Position numbers and translations under genes: made by a program | Notes under the pieces: generated by a model | Database searches by the model: none | What the model was told of the DNA's origin: nothing | Seen by the model: the letters and a program-made list of their open reading frames with translations, nothing else | Assembly (NCBI RefSeq): GCF_018350175.1 | Contig: NC_058368.1 | Span: 190,714,001-190,778,000 of the forward strand | Direction of reading: 5' to 3' | DNA: 64,000 nucleotides | Source: Felis catus | Taxonomy: Eukaryota | In this document: positions 39,363 through 53,445 of the stretch, piece after piece | Position numbering within the stretch: position 1 is the stretch's first letter | Layout: every line of letters starts with the position of its first letter

Positions 39363-41643
39363 TAAGTATATGGTAAAAATTATAGTTATATTTGTGTCAA
39401 CATACCACTTTTTATGGGTTCCTTTTTGGAGCCAGGGATGGTCCTTTGGTGGCTGTAATGGTTTTTAGGTTATATCTATCTCTGTTTGTCTGTTTATCTA
39501 TATCTATTGTTCTTTTTTGTTTCCTTAGTTGTTGGTGGTAAATATACAGGATCTCAGAGTCTTTTTCTGCTAAAGGTGGCACAATTATAGATATTTGAAG
39601 ATTAACACCAGTACAAGGAATATCCACAGAAAGTAGTTCTAGTACCATAACACTCCAAGTAATGGAGAGATTATTACATACAAACAAAAATCTGTATCGT
39701 ATTAGAGTCCGGTTTCTTTCAGATACCACTTTTCTTTGGGCTGATCAGCACCAATTACTGACTAGTGCTGTAACTGGTTAGGTTTTTTGGTCCCACAAAA
39801 TATAGTAGGAAACAGGCAGCGCAAATGAATGAATCCTGCATCTCCTAATTACAAGGCTGGCAACCTCTTCCTCCAAACCCTCAATCTTCTTAAGTTCTCA
39901 GAGAAAATTTTCCCTTGGCTGTAGCTTATCTTCTTGTCCTTTCTAATCTCTCCCAGTTTGTATATTCATGTTGTGATGCTGTTACATTCCTTATAGTCCA
40001 AATGGATCATCAGCCAGTTGCTCAGACAAAGGAAACAGCCACTAATCAATGCAAAGCATAGTCAGAAATTTACCTTAGTTCCTTGAAGGGGTCTGCCCTG
40101 ACATTAGGTGTCTCTATAGATTTAGGGAACACTGTGCCCTCCGCTCCTGTAGACAAAAGAAAAAAGCAAACAGAGGTTGGAGACTTTGCATGTCACCTGG
40201 GGGCACGATCAGCACAATGAGTGGAGCTAAATGTAGTGAATCCTTCACACAACCCAAAGCACACATTTTGCCATTGGCTTTAGCTTCCTACCTTTAGTTG
40301 GGGGGGGGGGGCACTGAATCAAATCATGCAAACAGCCTGTGAAAAAACAAGGAGCTTCTTTTGAAAGTGTTCTTGCTGAGATCAGAGTGAGGCCATGAGG
40401 CAAATACAATGTTAACATCAAAAAAAAAAAAAAAAGCCTAGAAATGGCACAGTCTAACTCTTGTCTCTCATCAACTATTAATAGTTACCCAACTGGAAAT
40501 GTTTTGAAAAACAGCAGCTGAAGCCCTCTTATTTCAGTGTGGGGCACAAATCATAGAACACATACAACATCTCAGCAGTGGGTGGATGGTGGAGAACACT
40601 ATAACACTGTAAACTATTCACCTAATAAAATCTAGCAAAAACATTTTTCCCTAAAGTTCTACACTATTATCTTGAAAAGTTAAACAAAACAGAACACTGT
40701 GAGAGATCATTTGAAGTTCAGTGCTTTCACACTTTGAGTATTATTCAACATTGATCCCCAACCCAATCTAGACAGTTAGCTCTTGACCTTTCTATAAGCT
40801 TTTATCTTTACAACTTGTTATCACCAGCTGAACCTTCCCAGCCATAGAGGTGGTGATTATCTGATTTGTCTGCTCCCAAAGTGTTTTTCAACTCATTTAC
40901 GCCTTAGTTTATCACAGACAATTGCACTGAATATTAGTTTTTCAATTAAACTTAGCTAGGCAGTATCCTGTACTTTGAAGTAAAGGTGTTGATTTTTATA
41001 CATTTTTTTGGTGTAGTTCTTTGAAGCCACAAAAAGGGGCAGAATAATACCTTGTATGCATGTGTGAATTTCTAGAATCCTCTTGCATTGCTATGATGTC
41101 TAGAATTCCTCCATTAACCACTGATATTACAAATCCAGATTTATCTTAGCTAAGTCTAGGAAAATGAAATGATTTCTTGACTTTTGTAGCAACTGTAAAA
41201 ACACTTAATCTTTTTGATACAAGCAAGACTACTGCAAGTAAAATCAGCAAACAATGCCTCAAATTTTAACATCATGGATGGTCACTAAAGTATCCTGGTA
41301 AATTATAACTATTAATCTGAGCTAGCATTTTGAGTGACTACAACAAGCCAGATACCATCATGTACACATCATATGTACTAGCTCATTTATTGCCTGCAAC
41401 CACCCTACCAACAGTTGCAGTAGGCAAAGAGACGTTTAGTGTGGGGACATTAAAGATCTTTTTCTGCCCATAGACACTTTTGCCTTTCAAGACACCAACC
41501 CACCACCTTTCAAATATATCAAAATGTACCCACAGTCTCAATTATATACAACATTTTTTGATGTAAATTTCCTAAGCATGTTGTTTTATTATGCATACAC
41601 TATTTTGCCCTAGTGATTTAAACTTTATTATGTTCTTTATAAA

Positions 41644-42152
41644 TGTGGTGGTTCATTTTATGTGTCAGCTTGACTTGGATCATGAGGTAATCAGATACTG
41701 AGCTAAACACAACCTCTGGGTGTGAGGGTGTTTCCAGATGAGAGTAGAATCAAAGGACTTAGCAGAGCAGTGTGCCCTCCCCAGTGTGGGTGAGCATCAG
41801 CCAATCCTGTTGAGGGCCCGACTAGAACAAAATGGCGGAGGAAGGAAGAATTAGGTTCTTCCTGTCTAACTGCTTGAATTGGGATATCAATCTTCTCCTG
41901 CCACCAGTGCTCCTTGTTCTCAGGCCTTAATACCCAGACTGGAATCTACACCATTGACTACACTGGTTCTCAGTGAGCCTTGGGACTCATTCTGAATTAT
42001 GTCATGAACTTTCCTGGGTCTCCATCTTATAGACAGCAGATTGTGGGACTCCTTAGCTTCTATAATGACTTGAGCCAGTTTCTTATAATGACTTTCTTCC
42101 CATAGGTAGATCCATATTGACTCTGTTTCTCTGAAGAATCCTGACTAACACA
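41644..42152 (+). mobile_element. MLT2-family (ERVL) solo LTR
   Basis: tgtggtggttcattttatgtgtcagcttgac ... ctgtttctctgaagaatcctgactaacaca; 5-bp TSD ataaa/ataag. Confidence 0.88.
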
Positions 42153-42537
42153 ATAAGTGAATAAGATTGGGTTGGATTATAGACTATAATGTGGCTTTTG
42201 TTACACATGTATTAAATTTTGTTCTGCAGAGCATACAATCCACATCTCCAAGATTTTTGTGATCCTTTGAAGAGCGCCTAGACGAAAGATACTGTAGAGG
42301 GTGCCTAGTAGGTAAAATAGGCCAGGAGAAATCACGGGACAATGAGTGACACATTGGGACATGGCTCTAAAATGTCTGACCCAAGAGCATGGCCTTAGTC
42401 ACCTCTCAGTACCATCTCAAACCTGTTATTGAGCAATTCCCATCTGTCACTACTGCAATTAACAGGGGCTTCCCTTGAAATCCCTTCCCTTTCTATTCCT
42501 TAGAGATGCTTAGTTCTGAGCCACTGGAACCTATTTT

Positions 42538-42559
42538 TGTTGTTGTTGTTGTTGTTGTT
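42538..42559. repeat. (GTT)n short microsatellite
   Basis: Direct reading. Confidence 0.85.
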
Positions 42560-44289
42560 TTTAATGATTAAAAGGAACAATTATACACCTGATTAAGGCT
42601 AGGAAAGTTATTTCTGTTACATACACTGTGTCGACTCTTTAGTACCAGCTCATGTCTCCCCTTCCTCTACTAAGAAAACTATGAAAACTGCATGAGAAAG
42701 AGCATGACCTCCCTTAAAATCAACCCTAATTGTATGGCTTACCGATACAGCAATTAGTACTGCTCATAGACAACCTTCATTATTTGAACTGGTATTAAAA
42801 TGCTGTGAGGCTTTGTGTTTCACTGATATCTCCTGTATCCTCCTATCATTTTATAAGGCCCCTTGAAGCCCAAGAATACCTACTTCTTAGGACTATGCAA
42901 AATATATACATATATAAGGATATATACTACATTTATTCAGTTCAATTGTCCAAAAATGAAGAATGCCATTTTCTTAAAATGAACCTCAAAAGCATGCACT
43001 ATTTTCTTTATTTTATTCAAGCTTTGTGCTGCGTCTGTTTCTCCATTTGTCAGATACACTGACCAAACCTCATTTGCCACTTCTTAACATCTGGCTGTAC
43101 TAAGCTCAGGAAGGAAGTGGTGTACCACAGCCAGTGGCCCCTCGCTCTGCCACCCTTTTAAAGAAATTCCAAGGGGGATAAAAAAGGTTATATGAAGTCA
43201 TCTAATACATTATGGGTGCTCACCATATGCTTGTGGAACAACCATGGTCTCCAAAGGTCACACACAGAATACAGACAGATTCAATTTTAGGTTCCCTAGG
43301 CTTCCACCAGACGCCTTATTGGCGTTCAATTTGGTACTACTTATTTCCAATTGGTACTAATACTTCTATGGGAGTACTAATTTACTGTCATAAAACTCCT
43401 CATGTATCACATTGCATTTTTAATGAATGTCCAAAATCCAACTCCTTTTAACTGTGCCTCTTAAAATAAAAGAGCTATGCTAAGAAGAGAATATTATTTG
43501 GGCTAAATACAAATATTGCTTTAAAATAAAATGAGATCAAAGGTCTGTAGTTTCTTCCCCAGACCAAGAAAATTAATTGTCCTACAAGACAAGTGGGGCT
43601 AAAAAATGGGCTCACAGTCACATGACTAGTGATGCCTGAGCTGAGATTCATATGCAGGCATCTGAACCGAGGCCCTACTTTTAGCCACTATACCCTAGTG
43701 TCTTGTTTTCTGAATGCCAGGGGAATGTGGCGCCCATAAGGTGGCAAGACAGCAAAACCCAGGGGTCTAGGCTCTCATAGAGGATCTGGGTGGTTGACGG
43801 GCTCTGGATGTGGGATCAAAGTAAAGGGCAAGACACTCACTAAGGCTCCTTTTGCTCCCACCATCCAACCAGATGCCCTCTGATTTTGTTTTTGATGCAC
43901 TTTGCCACAGGGGCCCATACGTGCCATCCATACTGGAAAACAGACTCAGAGATACGACTTCTCAGGGGAATGTACCAGAATTTCTCATTATCTGAGTGTC
44001 CTTGGGCATGAAACCCAATCTCTATGATGCTCAGTTTTCTCTCTGAAAAGAAAGGATATTAATGGTAACTTTATCTCCTAGGGGTCTTGGAAGATTGAAC
44101 GAGATCTTTGGCACATAGAAATCAGCAGATGATAGTCAATAAGATACTGCTCATAGTACTAAAATATTTATGAAACCTATTTTTTCCTCCCCTTATCCAG
44201 GTCCTCTATGACTCTTAAAAGTGACATTTTTAAAGCACACACTAGAAACTAGAAATTATGGAAATTGTTTTAATTTGGTCATTATTATG

Positions 44290-44445
44290 AGCTAGGGACT
44301 ATGCATGTCTGTTGCTACGGATGTGGAATCTGACACTCAGGGAAGTCAGGGTATTTTCCTATGGTTACACAGTGAAAAGGAGGTGTCAGAACCCGAACTC
44401 TCATCTTTTGGCCCTGGAACCAATGTCTGTGACTACTATTCTAGA
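44290..44445 (-). mobile_element. MIR relic
   Basis: gatgtggaatctgacactcagggaagt...tttcctatggttacacagt. Confidence 0.55.
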
Positions 44446-46714
44446 CTGTTTCTTTCATTATATTAAATCATTCTCTACTTGTTCAGCTTTTTATGAGATA
44501 TGAACAAATCCCAATGTTTATACCCTCAAGTAACACTTGCTAAATCTCCCCTCACCTCTCTTCTGAAAACAATCCACATGCACAATGAGATGAGATATTA
44601 ATACTTTTCAAAAACACCATTTATTTCCAAGTCCTATCAGGCTTCTGCTTTTAACACCATTTTTCACTCTTCTAGAAGCTGCAGAGTGGACAAACATCCA
44701 TCAGGATGAATTCTCCCATCCCCTATCTGTTCTTAGATAATAAATTATTCTCGATTTTATTATTTCAAAAAGGTTTCTATTAAAGCCATACCTACTGATT
44801 CCCTCTTCTGACACAATATAATTTACTGGCAATAAATGTTCATAAACAGTTTGAGTGAAAAATCCATAAAGCCATTTCAGTTTTATTTTAAGTTCCATTA
44901 ATGTCCCTCAAAAATGATTTCATCAATGTGTTTCCATTAGATGGTTCTCTGCCCAATAACTTAATTCCACACAATCAATTAGGAACTTATAAAGCATGTG
45001 ACAGGATCTATCTAAAGTGTTTTGAATCACCATAAAGATTAGCTCAGTGGTTCTTTTTTCCTTGCAGTACAGGTAGGGGGTAAACTTGTCAAAAAATCTC
45101 AAATCCCCTCCATTGCCATAGTAACAAAAAGCCAGCCTCTCCTCTCGGGAAAGCATACTCAACTTCGGAGGCTTTCCCCTCAAAGTGTCCCAGATGTCAA
45201 GAGACCTGAAATCCAGTCCTATCTCTGTGATCCTATGCAAATCAGAAGACCTCTCTGACCCTTGATTTCCCCAGTTTTAAAATAAGGGATGGGATAAGAA
45301 GTGTCAGAGCTAAATTGTTTTCCCCTCAAATCAAATAGTTCATCAGGTAACAATTTAAACAGATGATTGTCTTGGGCCACCTCCATTCCCTACCAGGAAA
45401 AAAAAAAAAAAAAAAAAAAAAAAAAGAAAGAAACCTTGAAATATCACAAGAAAAAATGCTAAAACTTTTCTGTGTTTAAGGAGGAATCAAATAATAGCAA
45501 ACAGACTTTTGTCCAATTTCAAACTGCATTTAACTGGCAGAACTGCTCGCTAGAAAATAAATTTCATAAGAGATAAAACAGTAGATGGAAAAATTTATTA
45601 TAGAGGAAGCTAACTGCAAAAACAAAACCCTGGTTCATAAGTCTTTAAACTCCAAAAAAATTGGGGAAAATTCAATTTTGTAAAAAATAAAAAACACTAA
45701 AGTGCCTAAACCTGCATATGTTAAATAAAGCCATGAACCAAATCCTGAAAGGCAGATTCACATCTGCAAAACACGCTACAAGAAAATTGGACTTGAGAGA
45801 AGCATTAGACACAAAGGAAGAAATGCTATACTAGATGTTATAATAGGAGCCAGAAAAATTGGATGATGAATCAAATTTTTGTTGTACACGAAGAACTGAT
45901 CTTTCAGACAGTAATTTCAAGGAAAACTTTCAAAAAGGTCAGAAATGGTTTAAGTGTGCTTTTTAGAACATTGATTAAGGAGTTAAGCTGGCTTAATAGA
46001 GTTTGCTCTGGTAATTCTTTCTTGATGTGCATGCATTAAGATTAGCACAATTATGATTAATGCTTTTGTATTAATGAACATAGACTAAAACTCATCTTTG
46101 GGCTTGAATCATGGGGCCAAAATAGTCAAAATGCCGAGTTAAAATATCTAATCACCATTGTTTGAAGTCAAAACATTTTAAGTGTTCTAATCCGTGTTGC
46201 TTGGGTAGATATAACCCGAATGATAACCCTAAACAAGAACCATATTTTACTTGAAAAGGATATATTTTTATACCAATATTAGGTTATAAAATCGACAACA
46301 GATTTCAATCTAAAAAATGGCGATAAGAAAAATGGGAGAAGGAATGATTTGATCTCCTGAAATATCAGAACCGACAAACCAAAGACCTGATTTTTAGTGC
46401 TGCTCTTCTATGAGTTAGTTTATTATATGGCCTTTGGCAATTTGTTTTCTAGTCTTATTTGTTTGTTTTACAAAATGGGGGTGGAGGTTAGATGATCTAT
46501 AAGGTTGTTTCCAGCTCTGCTGTTTTACAATCCTCCAGATAACCTGGCTGGATAAACCCAATGGACCAGGAAAGGGACCAGAAAAGGAGGCTGGTAGGTT
46601 TGAAAAACCCAACATTCAACATGTTTTCAGCAGGAAGGTCTAGAAATGAGCCAAACAGACATGGAGTCCATAGTATAGGAGAGCACAGTGTATTCCAGTA
46701 GTGTGTGCTATTAG

Positions 46715-46936
46715 TTTATTTATTTATTTTTAAGTTTATTTATTTACTTTGAGAGAGAGTGATCATGTGGACTGGGGATGGGAAGAGAGAGAGGGAGAGA
46801 GACAGAGAATCCCAAGCAGGCTCCACACTGGTAGTGTGGAGCCCTATGTGGGGCTCTTACCCGCAATCTGTGAGATCACAACCTGAGCTGAAATCTAGAG
46901 TTGGATGCTTAACCGACTGAGCCACCCAGGCAACCC
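46715..46936 (-). mobile_element. Felid CAN-SINE
   Basis: ...atgcttaaccgactgagccacccaggcaaccc; TSD-like tg(tg/aa)tgctatt. Confidence 0.92.
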
Positions 46937-47346
46937 TGAATGCTATTTTCAAATAAAAATATCTAATAGTTACAAATAGTGATAAAGACTTGAAAGGAAA
47001 ATAAAAGAATGTCTTTGAAATACAACTTGGGGTCATAACTTGGTCTGGCAGGTAAGTTTCCCTGAGAAAGTGAAATTCTGTTGGTATTTGTAAAGTGATT
47101 AGGAACAAACTAGTTAAGAGGGGGAAGTGGCAGTTGAAAAGATAATGAAAAAACATCAGGGTTGGGAAGTTGAAGTTAATAAAGATCTGTGTGGCCAGAC
47201 TATTTTTTGCAAGGGTCAGCAGCGTGGGATGAGACTGGAAAGGTGGGCTGATCTGGGTAATTCAGAACCTTATAGGTCACGGTGAAGGTTTTAAGCAGGG
47301 ATCTGGCTCGATCCAACTGGCATTTTTCAAGATCACTGAGCCAACA

Positions 47347-47535
47347 TGCTATCATCTGCATGTTTGTATCCTCCTGAAACTCATACATTGAAACTCTAAT
47401 CGTCATTGGAACCTCACCATGCTGGCACCCTGATCTCAGGCTCCCAGCCTCCAGAACAGTGAGAAATTCTTATTGATTAAGCCATCCAGTCTATGGTATT
47501 CTGTTACAGCAGCAGCACCAGCAGCTGACTGAGAC
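47347..47535 (+). mobile_element. MLT1A/MST-like MaLR LTR with large internal deletion
   Basis: 5' tgctatcatctgcatgtttgtatcctcc...aaactcatacattgaaa joined to 3' ctggcaccctgatctcaggctcccagcctccagaac...ctgactgagaca. Confidence 0.75.
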
Positions 47536-49052
47536 ACTGTATCATGGAAAAGACACTTGAGGAGGGTAAGGATAGATGCAGTGGGGCAGAGAGAGGGATG
47601 GTGGGAGGTTGGACCAGAGAATTGGCAGCACAGATGCAGAAAAGTGGATGGGTTTAGGAGATATTTAAGTGGAAAGCCAATGGGATCTGGTGAGGCACTG
47701 GACAAGACAGAGAACAATGGGTATCAGAGGGCCCAGGGGAAGAGCTGACATGGATGGTCAAAACCAGGTGATTAATACTCAAAGCCAGTGGTGCCCATGG
47801 CGACCTTCTACATCTCCAATGAAAACTAGTTTTTCACATTTGATATTTTAATTGCAACTAAAATTGCCTTTACTTAGTAAAAGAAGCTGCTCTGAATCTG
47901 ACTACATTTTTCTTATGAAGGTGTAGGCAATGTGCCAAGGAAACTTACAGTTTCCCAAAGTATTTATAAACAGGAAATATTTTTTTTAAAAAACTATGAA
48001 CAGTATAGTAATTTCTTGAATAATGAACATTGTCTTCCTTGCAAGATAACTTTCTAGTTACTCCAAAATTGTAGCTAAGCACGTTTCACATTTCACATAT
48101 CTGCTACTGTTTAAAAGCTTTCTAGATACAGGAGAAATGGTTTTTGCCTTGTAAGTCCAGGCTAGAGAACACAGTTACATTTTAATATTTAAATATTCCT
48201 TAGAGGCCTATATTCCTGAATAGCAATCCCAATATCATGTTATCCATAAAAGTGTTTCGTGGGAGTGCTGATCACAGGAAATTCCTCCGAAACAGTAGTT
48301 TTCTATTTATTTCATAACAAGAATTTTTGGCTTTCTCCTAATGGTAATGCACAGTGAAAAATTCTTTTTAAGGAAGTGGGTTGGGTTATGTCTAATCTGG
48401 GATTTAAAATGAACTGAGTAATCAGTGAGATTGCAGAGTTTCCATGAATTTCAGGGCTAAGCACTTTGAAGGCGGCTGTCAGCTTCTGAAAGCCTTCCCA
48501 ACATGAGCAACAAACAGAAACTTTGAGTGGATAAAGTCACTTGAAGTAATTTAATCCCATTGTGTTTCTCCGGCTGCTGGTAGCATTTAATAAACTGCTC
48601 ATGCAAAACATTTGTAGTCATTACAAGTCATTTCCAGGATACATACCAAATATTTTCTTTTCAGGAATTAGGGACAATTCTCCTGACCAAAATGTACAGA
48701 TAATTAATTCATTCAACAAATATTTATGGATGACCTATTCCATAAATGGTTTTGGGGGGAAAACAGATTCAGGCTTTTCTTATTTATGAGATCACAAATA
48801 CAATTTTCAAAAAATATATAAAATCTCTAGCCATCCTAAGTGTTGTAATATTCATTTTCTATCAACATTTAACAATTACCTACTCTGTGGCCAGCACTGT
48901 ATTAAGGCAATCCTGGCTATGAAGATCTAACGTCTGCCCTTATGAACTTTTATGGTGGCTAGACAGATACTGATTTTTATAGTGACAATTATTGTAAATC
49001 ATGTATTCTCAGTGGGGTCAATGTAGCCCCCAAGGGTACAAACACTGGTTCT

Positions 49053-49254
49053 CTTTTTTAAGTTTATTTATTTAGAGAGAGAGACAGTGAACATGTGCAA
49101 GTGGGGGACAGTAAGGGGGGAGAGGGAAACAGAAAATCCCAAGCAGGCTCTGTGCTGGAGCCCAGCTAGGGCTCTATCTCACAAACCATGAGATCAAGAC
49201 CTGAGCCAAAAACAAGAGTCAGATGCTTACCTGAGTGAGCCACCCAGGTGCCCC
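49053..49254 (-). mobile_element. Felid CAN-SINE
   Basis: ...gagccacccaggtgcccc; perfect TSD caaacactggttct at 49039-49052 and 49256-49269. Confidence 0.93.
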
Positions 49255-49544
49255 CCAAACACTGGTTCTTAAAGGCACAAGAAATCTTTCTCTGCGCATA
49301 GACATACACACAATGCATAAAATGGCTTGCTGCTTTTAAGGAAGAGTAAGGAGAGGACTGTAGCTGGAGTGGAAAGAGCAAGACCGCCATAAGATTTCTG
49401 AGGCAGTCAGGGGCAAGGTCACGTAGGAGCATTTGGTCCATGTGCGTGTTTGAGAATTTTATCCTAATAGGAAAAGGAAGCCATTGAAAGGCTATAGAGA
49501 GGAGAATGAGATGATCAGGTATGTTTTTTTAAATACTCTGGGGC

Positions 49545-50066
49545 AGATATTAAGGACTTTCGGTTTGTCACATTTTAAGCACAGCGCATCCCCTCTTGCA
49601 TTTGTCTATGATGCAGCCTGGAAACCCAAACTACTCAACTTCTCAGACTTCCGTTGCAGTGTTAGGTGGCTGTGTGATACAGCCTTGGCCAGGGAGATGT
49701 AGGAACACGTGTCTGGGGAGATATTTTCTTCCCAAATTAAAAAACAAAAACAAAAACAAAAACAAAAAAACCCAAAGAATAACAAAGAAGGATTTTTGTT
49801 CTTTACTCTTCCCTTTCTGAAATAGAGAAGCAATGCTTTGAGGCACAGTAGCCCTATGAGACCATGTGAGTAAAAGCCATATTGCTAAAGGTGTGAAAGG
49901 AAGAAGGTTGAAGGAATTTGGTCTCTTTATAACATTGTTCTGCTATAAGCTTTGGACAGCATACCTCCGGAATTATTATTACATAATAACAAATTCCCAA
50001 CTTGTTTAAGCCACTACTGGTTAGGCTGTCTGTTATTTCCAACAAAATCGAATTCCAATAGTTACA
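49545..50066 (+). mobile_element. Old MLT1 (J/K-like) MaLR LTR
   Basis: cttctcagacttccgttgcagtgttaggtggctgtgtgatacag...ttgtttaagccactactggttaggctgtctgtta. Confidence 0.65.
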
Positions 50067-50732
50067 GGATCTGACTATACTGTATAAAATGTAGTACAAG
50101 GGATCAAGAGCAAATGCATGCAAATCAGTTAGATGGCTATTTTAGTAGCCAGGTAAGAAATGATGGAGGCCTAAAATATGTAACCCATAGTGAAAAAAAT
50201 GGGAAAGGTGAACGTGACAGGTACTGAAGAGGTAGAGTTGAAAGAACCTGGTAGTATGATATGAGGGGTAAAGGGGTAAGAAATGTTCAGGTTTGGGGGA
50301 AGAGCAAAAATTTAGTTTTGGCTATGATGAATTTAAGGTATCTGTGGGTTTTCCAAATTCAGATGTTTATGTAGGCAGCTGGATACAGAGGTATAATACT
50401 CAAGGCAGAGGTATAAACCACTGGCATAGAGATTTTTGGAATACAGATGATTATGGAAACTAAGAAAATGGGATGGGTGGTCTGATCCAAGAAATGGTGA
50501 GAGTGATAGACAAAGATAGCCAGCGTCAGAATTTTAAGGGATTCCAACATTTCAAGTTTTGCTATCAGAGCATGAACTGAAACTGAAAAGAAATGGCTTG
50601 TGAGGTTGGAAGAAGACCAGGAATGGGGTAACATAGGAAGTCAAGAGAAAAAAAGTACTTCTAAAAAGTGGAAGGAGTTACCCATGTTAATTGGTACTTA
50701 GAGGTAAGAAGGGAAATTAAAATGCCCATGAA

Positions 50733-50928
50733 GGGGCGCCTGGGTGGCTCAGTCTGACTCTTGGTTTCAGCTCAGGTCATGATCTCACAGTTTGTGAGAC
50801 TGAGCCCTGTATCGGGCTCTGAGCTGACAATGCAGATCCTGCTTGGGATTCTCAGTCTCTCCCTCTCTCTCCAACCCTTCCCTTGCTTTTGCTTTCTCTC
50901 TCAAAATAAACACATAAACTTAAAAAAG
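50733..50928 (+). mobile_element. Felid CAN-SINE with a small deletion in the head
   Basis: ggggcgcctgggtggctcagtc|tgactctt...; TSD aatgcccatga at 50721-50731 and 50929-50939. Confidence 0.93.
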
Positions 50929-52700
50929 AATGCCCATGACATTTAGCAACATGCAGATCACTTATATAATCAGAGTCATTCTATCAAGAAATGGAGGCAG
51001 ATTCTTGTGGGCAGGAGTTAGTGGGAAGGGAAGAAATTGTTATAAGCAAGAGCTACTACTTTTTGACAAGAGAAATATAGTAAGATAGCTGAATATTGGA
51101 TATTGGATATTAGATATCAGAGTTTAAAGTTCCAGCTCTGGTTGGTAACAAAACTTTTATAGGGGCATCGGTCTGCTCTATGGCACCTGCTGGGTAGAGG
51201 CACATGTGCTTAGCTACTTGAATGTCCATGTGCATAATGTGGATATTCAGGTTCATGTAGATGGGGGACTTTAATAGACATGTACACTGGGTAAAGTGTA
51301 ACAAGTTCAGGGTTGTACAGGAAGACTGTGAAGAGGAATATTATACTGGGCAAATTATTTAGCTTTTTCAAGCCTCAGTTTCCGGCTTCGTGGAATGGGG
51401 ATTATAAAAGTATATATATAAGGTTGCATGTACTTGAACACTAAAGTGTCACCAAACAACAGATATCATTATTTATTATAATAGAAGATTAGGCCAGTAA
51501 TACAGAAGAATATCATTAAATAATTTGAATGGTAACCATGGAGAAAAATAAAATAAGACAATTTAACTGAACTGGCCATACCATCAAGGTGCACATTTTA
51601 TATATTTTTGTAGAATGTGAAACTGCAGAGCAATTTAAAGATCCACGTATAAAAATATTCTGGCAAGATATGAAGAGACAAGTAGTTTAATTAAACAAAC
51701 TCTACTCTAGAAACCAATAGACCAGAACTCATGCTCAGTGTATCATTAAGCCAAAACTGGAAAATATAAAAGGAACCATCCAAGCAGCAAGCAACCTCAT
51801 TTTAGTTTCTTATGACTGCACTATTTTTGATAGTAAATAAAACTACACAATAAAACAAAGAACTTCAACTCACTGGATTTGTGTAACAGACAGAATGCTG
51901 GAACAAGGCAGCCTCTAAGTTAGGATGGTATATGAACAATGGAGCATCATCAACAAGCTGAGAAGGCTGCTTGGCAAGGACGGCACACCTGGGCACGAGA
52001 GAGACTCCATGTTCTGTGTTCTCAAAGATGATGCCCTGTGTGTCTCATGAATGACATGAATATGGCACTCCACCCATGTTCCCCTCCAGGTCTTTGTGAG
52101 ACAGATGGCCAGAATCAGGCCAACAGTGCAGGGAGATGGGGGAGAGAATGGATACGAACTGCACGATCAAGTTAAGGACAGCAATCGTTCTGCCTGCCCT
52201 TCCTCTTGGGAGTGAGTGCAAAATGAAAGCCCCGAATACACGGCTTTCTTAGGCAAGACTCAGTTCCCAAGTGTCTGTCTCACAGTGTGAGAGCAAATCA
52301 AGACTCTGAGGCTCAATGGATGCTGGTGAGACCCAAGAAAACAACACATACATGATTTTAAGGGCTTCCTGGTCATTGAAAAAGAAGTGGAACACTCTGT
52401 GCCTGTAGCCAAGCAGCTGGGGGGTGATGCTTTCCTATAGAGAAGGAAATTGAAACATTAATTGAGGACCATGGAGAAACACTGTCTAAAAAATAATTGG
52501 AGAAACTTATAAAGTCATTTACAGGAGATCAAGATGACGACTTGAAAAGTGAGGACCAGCGAATTGAAATCTTAATAAAAGTCCTGGATGTCTCAAAGCA
52601 TTAGAACACTTGAATGCTTTACTTTCAGAATACAATCTTACATGAAAGTAAGCCTCAAAATGGGGATACTTTACAGGTGACTTAAAGATAATTTTGATTT

Positions 52701-52917
52701 GGGGCACCTGGTTGGCTCAGTCGGTTAAGTGTCCAACTTTGGCTCAGGTCATGATCTCACGGTTTGTGGGTTTGAGCCCCACATCGGGCTCTGTGATGAA
52801 AACTCAGAGCCTGGCACCTGCTTCAGATTCTGTGTCTCCCTCTCCCTGCCTCTCCCCTGCTGACACTCTGCCTCTTCCTCTCTCAAAAATAAATAAACAT
52901 TAGAAGTAAAGTTTTTA
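52701..52917 (+). mobile_element. Felid CAN-SINE, full length
   Basis: ggggcacctggttggctcagtcggttaag...aataaacatt; TSD core taattttga on both sides. Confidence 0.94.
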
Positions 52918-52985
52918 AAGAGGTAATTTTGACTGTATGATTTTCACCTTACACACTGTATAGATTTCTTTTACCTTTATCCCTA

Positions 52986-53445
52986 GTATGGCCAGCATGT
53001 CACTTATCAACATCCATTCCTTTGCCAACAAAATATTGGTATTATTCATGGAAGCAAAGTACGCAGCTAAATACTTGCTTTCCCAGACTCTCTTGAAGCT
53101 AGGGGTGGCCACTATGACATGGGTTTGTCTAATGCCATGTAGGTAGAAGCGTACTGGGGATGAGTATGGGGTGAGCTTTTTCTGTTCTAGTAGGAAGGGA
53201 CAGATATGGCTGGTACCACTCTTATTTCTGATTATCAGTATAATCTGGAGCTGTGAGAGCCATCTTCAAACCATGAGACAAAAGCCAGGTGGATTTCAGA
53301 TATATTGACCCAGATACCACTAAGCTACCAGCAAGTGTCTATCAATAGACTACTTCTTATGAGAGAAAACCAAGTCCCTAGTTATTATTCATTTGAGCCA
53401 CCTTGTGAGAATTCTGTTTTTCACCCCGCCCTGCATAAGAGTCAA
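52986..53445 (+). mobile_element. Old MLT1 (I/J-like) MaLR LTR
   Basis: tttcccagactctcttgaagctaggggtggccac...gccatcttcaaaccatgag...gactacttcttatgagagaaa...tttgagccac. Confidence 0.7.

Larger units (their letters stand above)
46640..47745 (-). mobile_element. L2 relic interrupted by a SINE and an MLT LTR
   Basis: aagtttccctgagaaagtga..., gaaggttttaagcaggga, gagaattggcagcacagatgcagaaaagtggatgggtttaggagatattt. Confidence 0.6.
48855..51090 (-). mobile_element. Long L2 relic (about 2.2 kb span) hosting two SINEs and an MLT1
   Basis: tcaacatttaacaattacctactctgtggccagcactgt; gaagccattgaaaggc; gttttggctatgatgaatttaagg; gtaggcagctggatac; gacatttagcaacatgcagatcact. Confidence 0.75.

Noticed and set aside
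46611..46620. aacattcaac, matching the 5' end of miR-181; also tgaggtag (let-7-like) at 38791
   Set aside because: The matches stop after 8-10 nt and there is no precursor hairpin.
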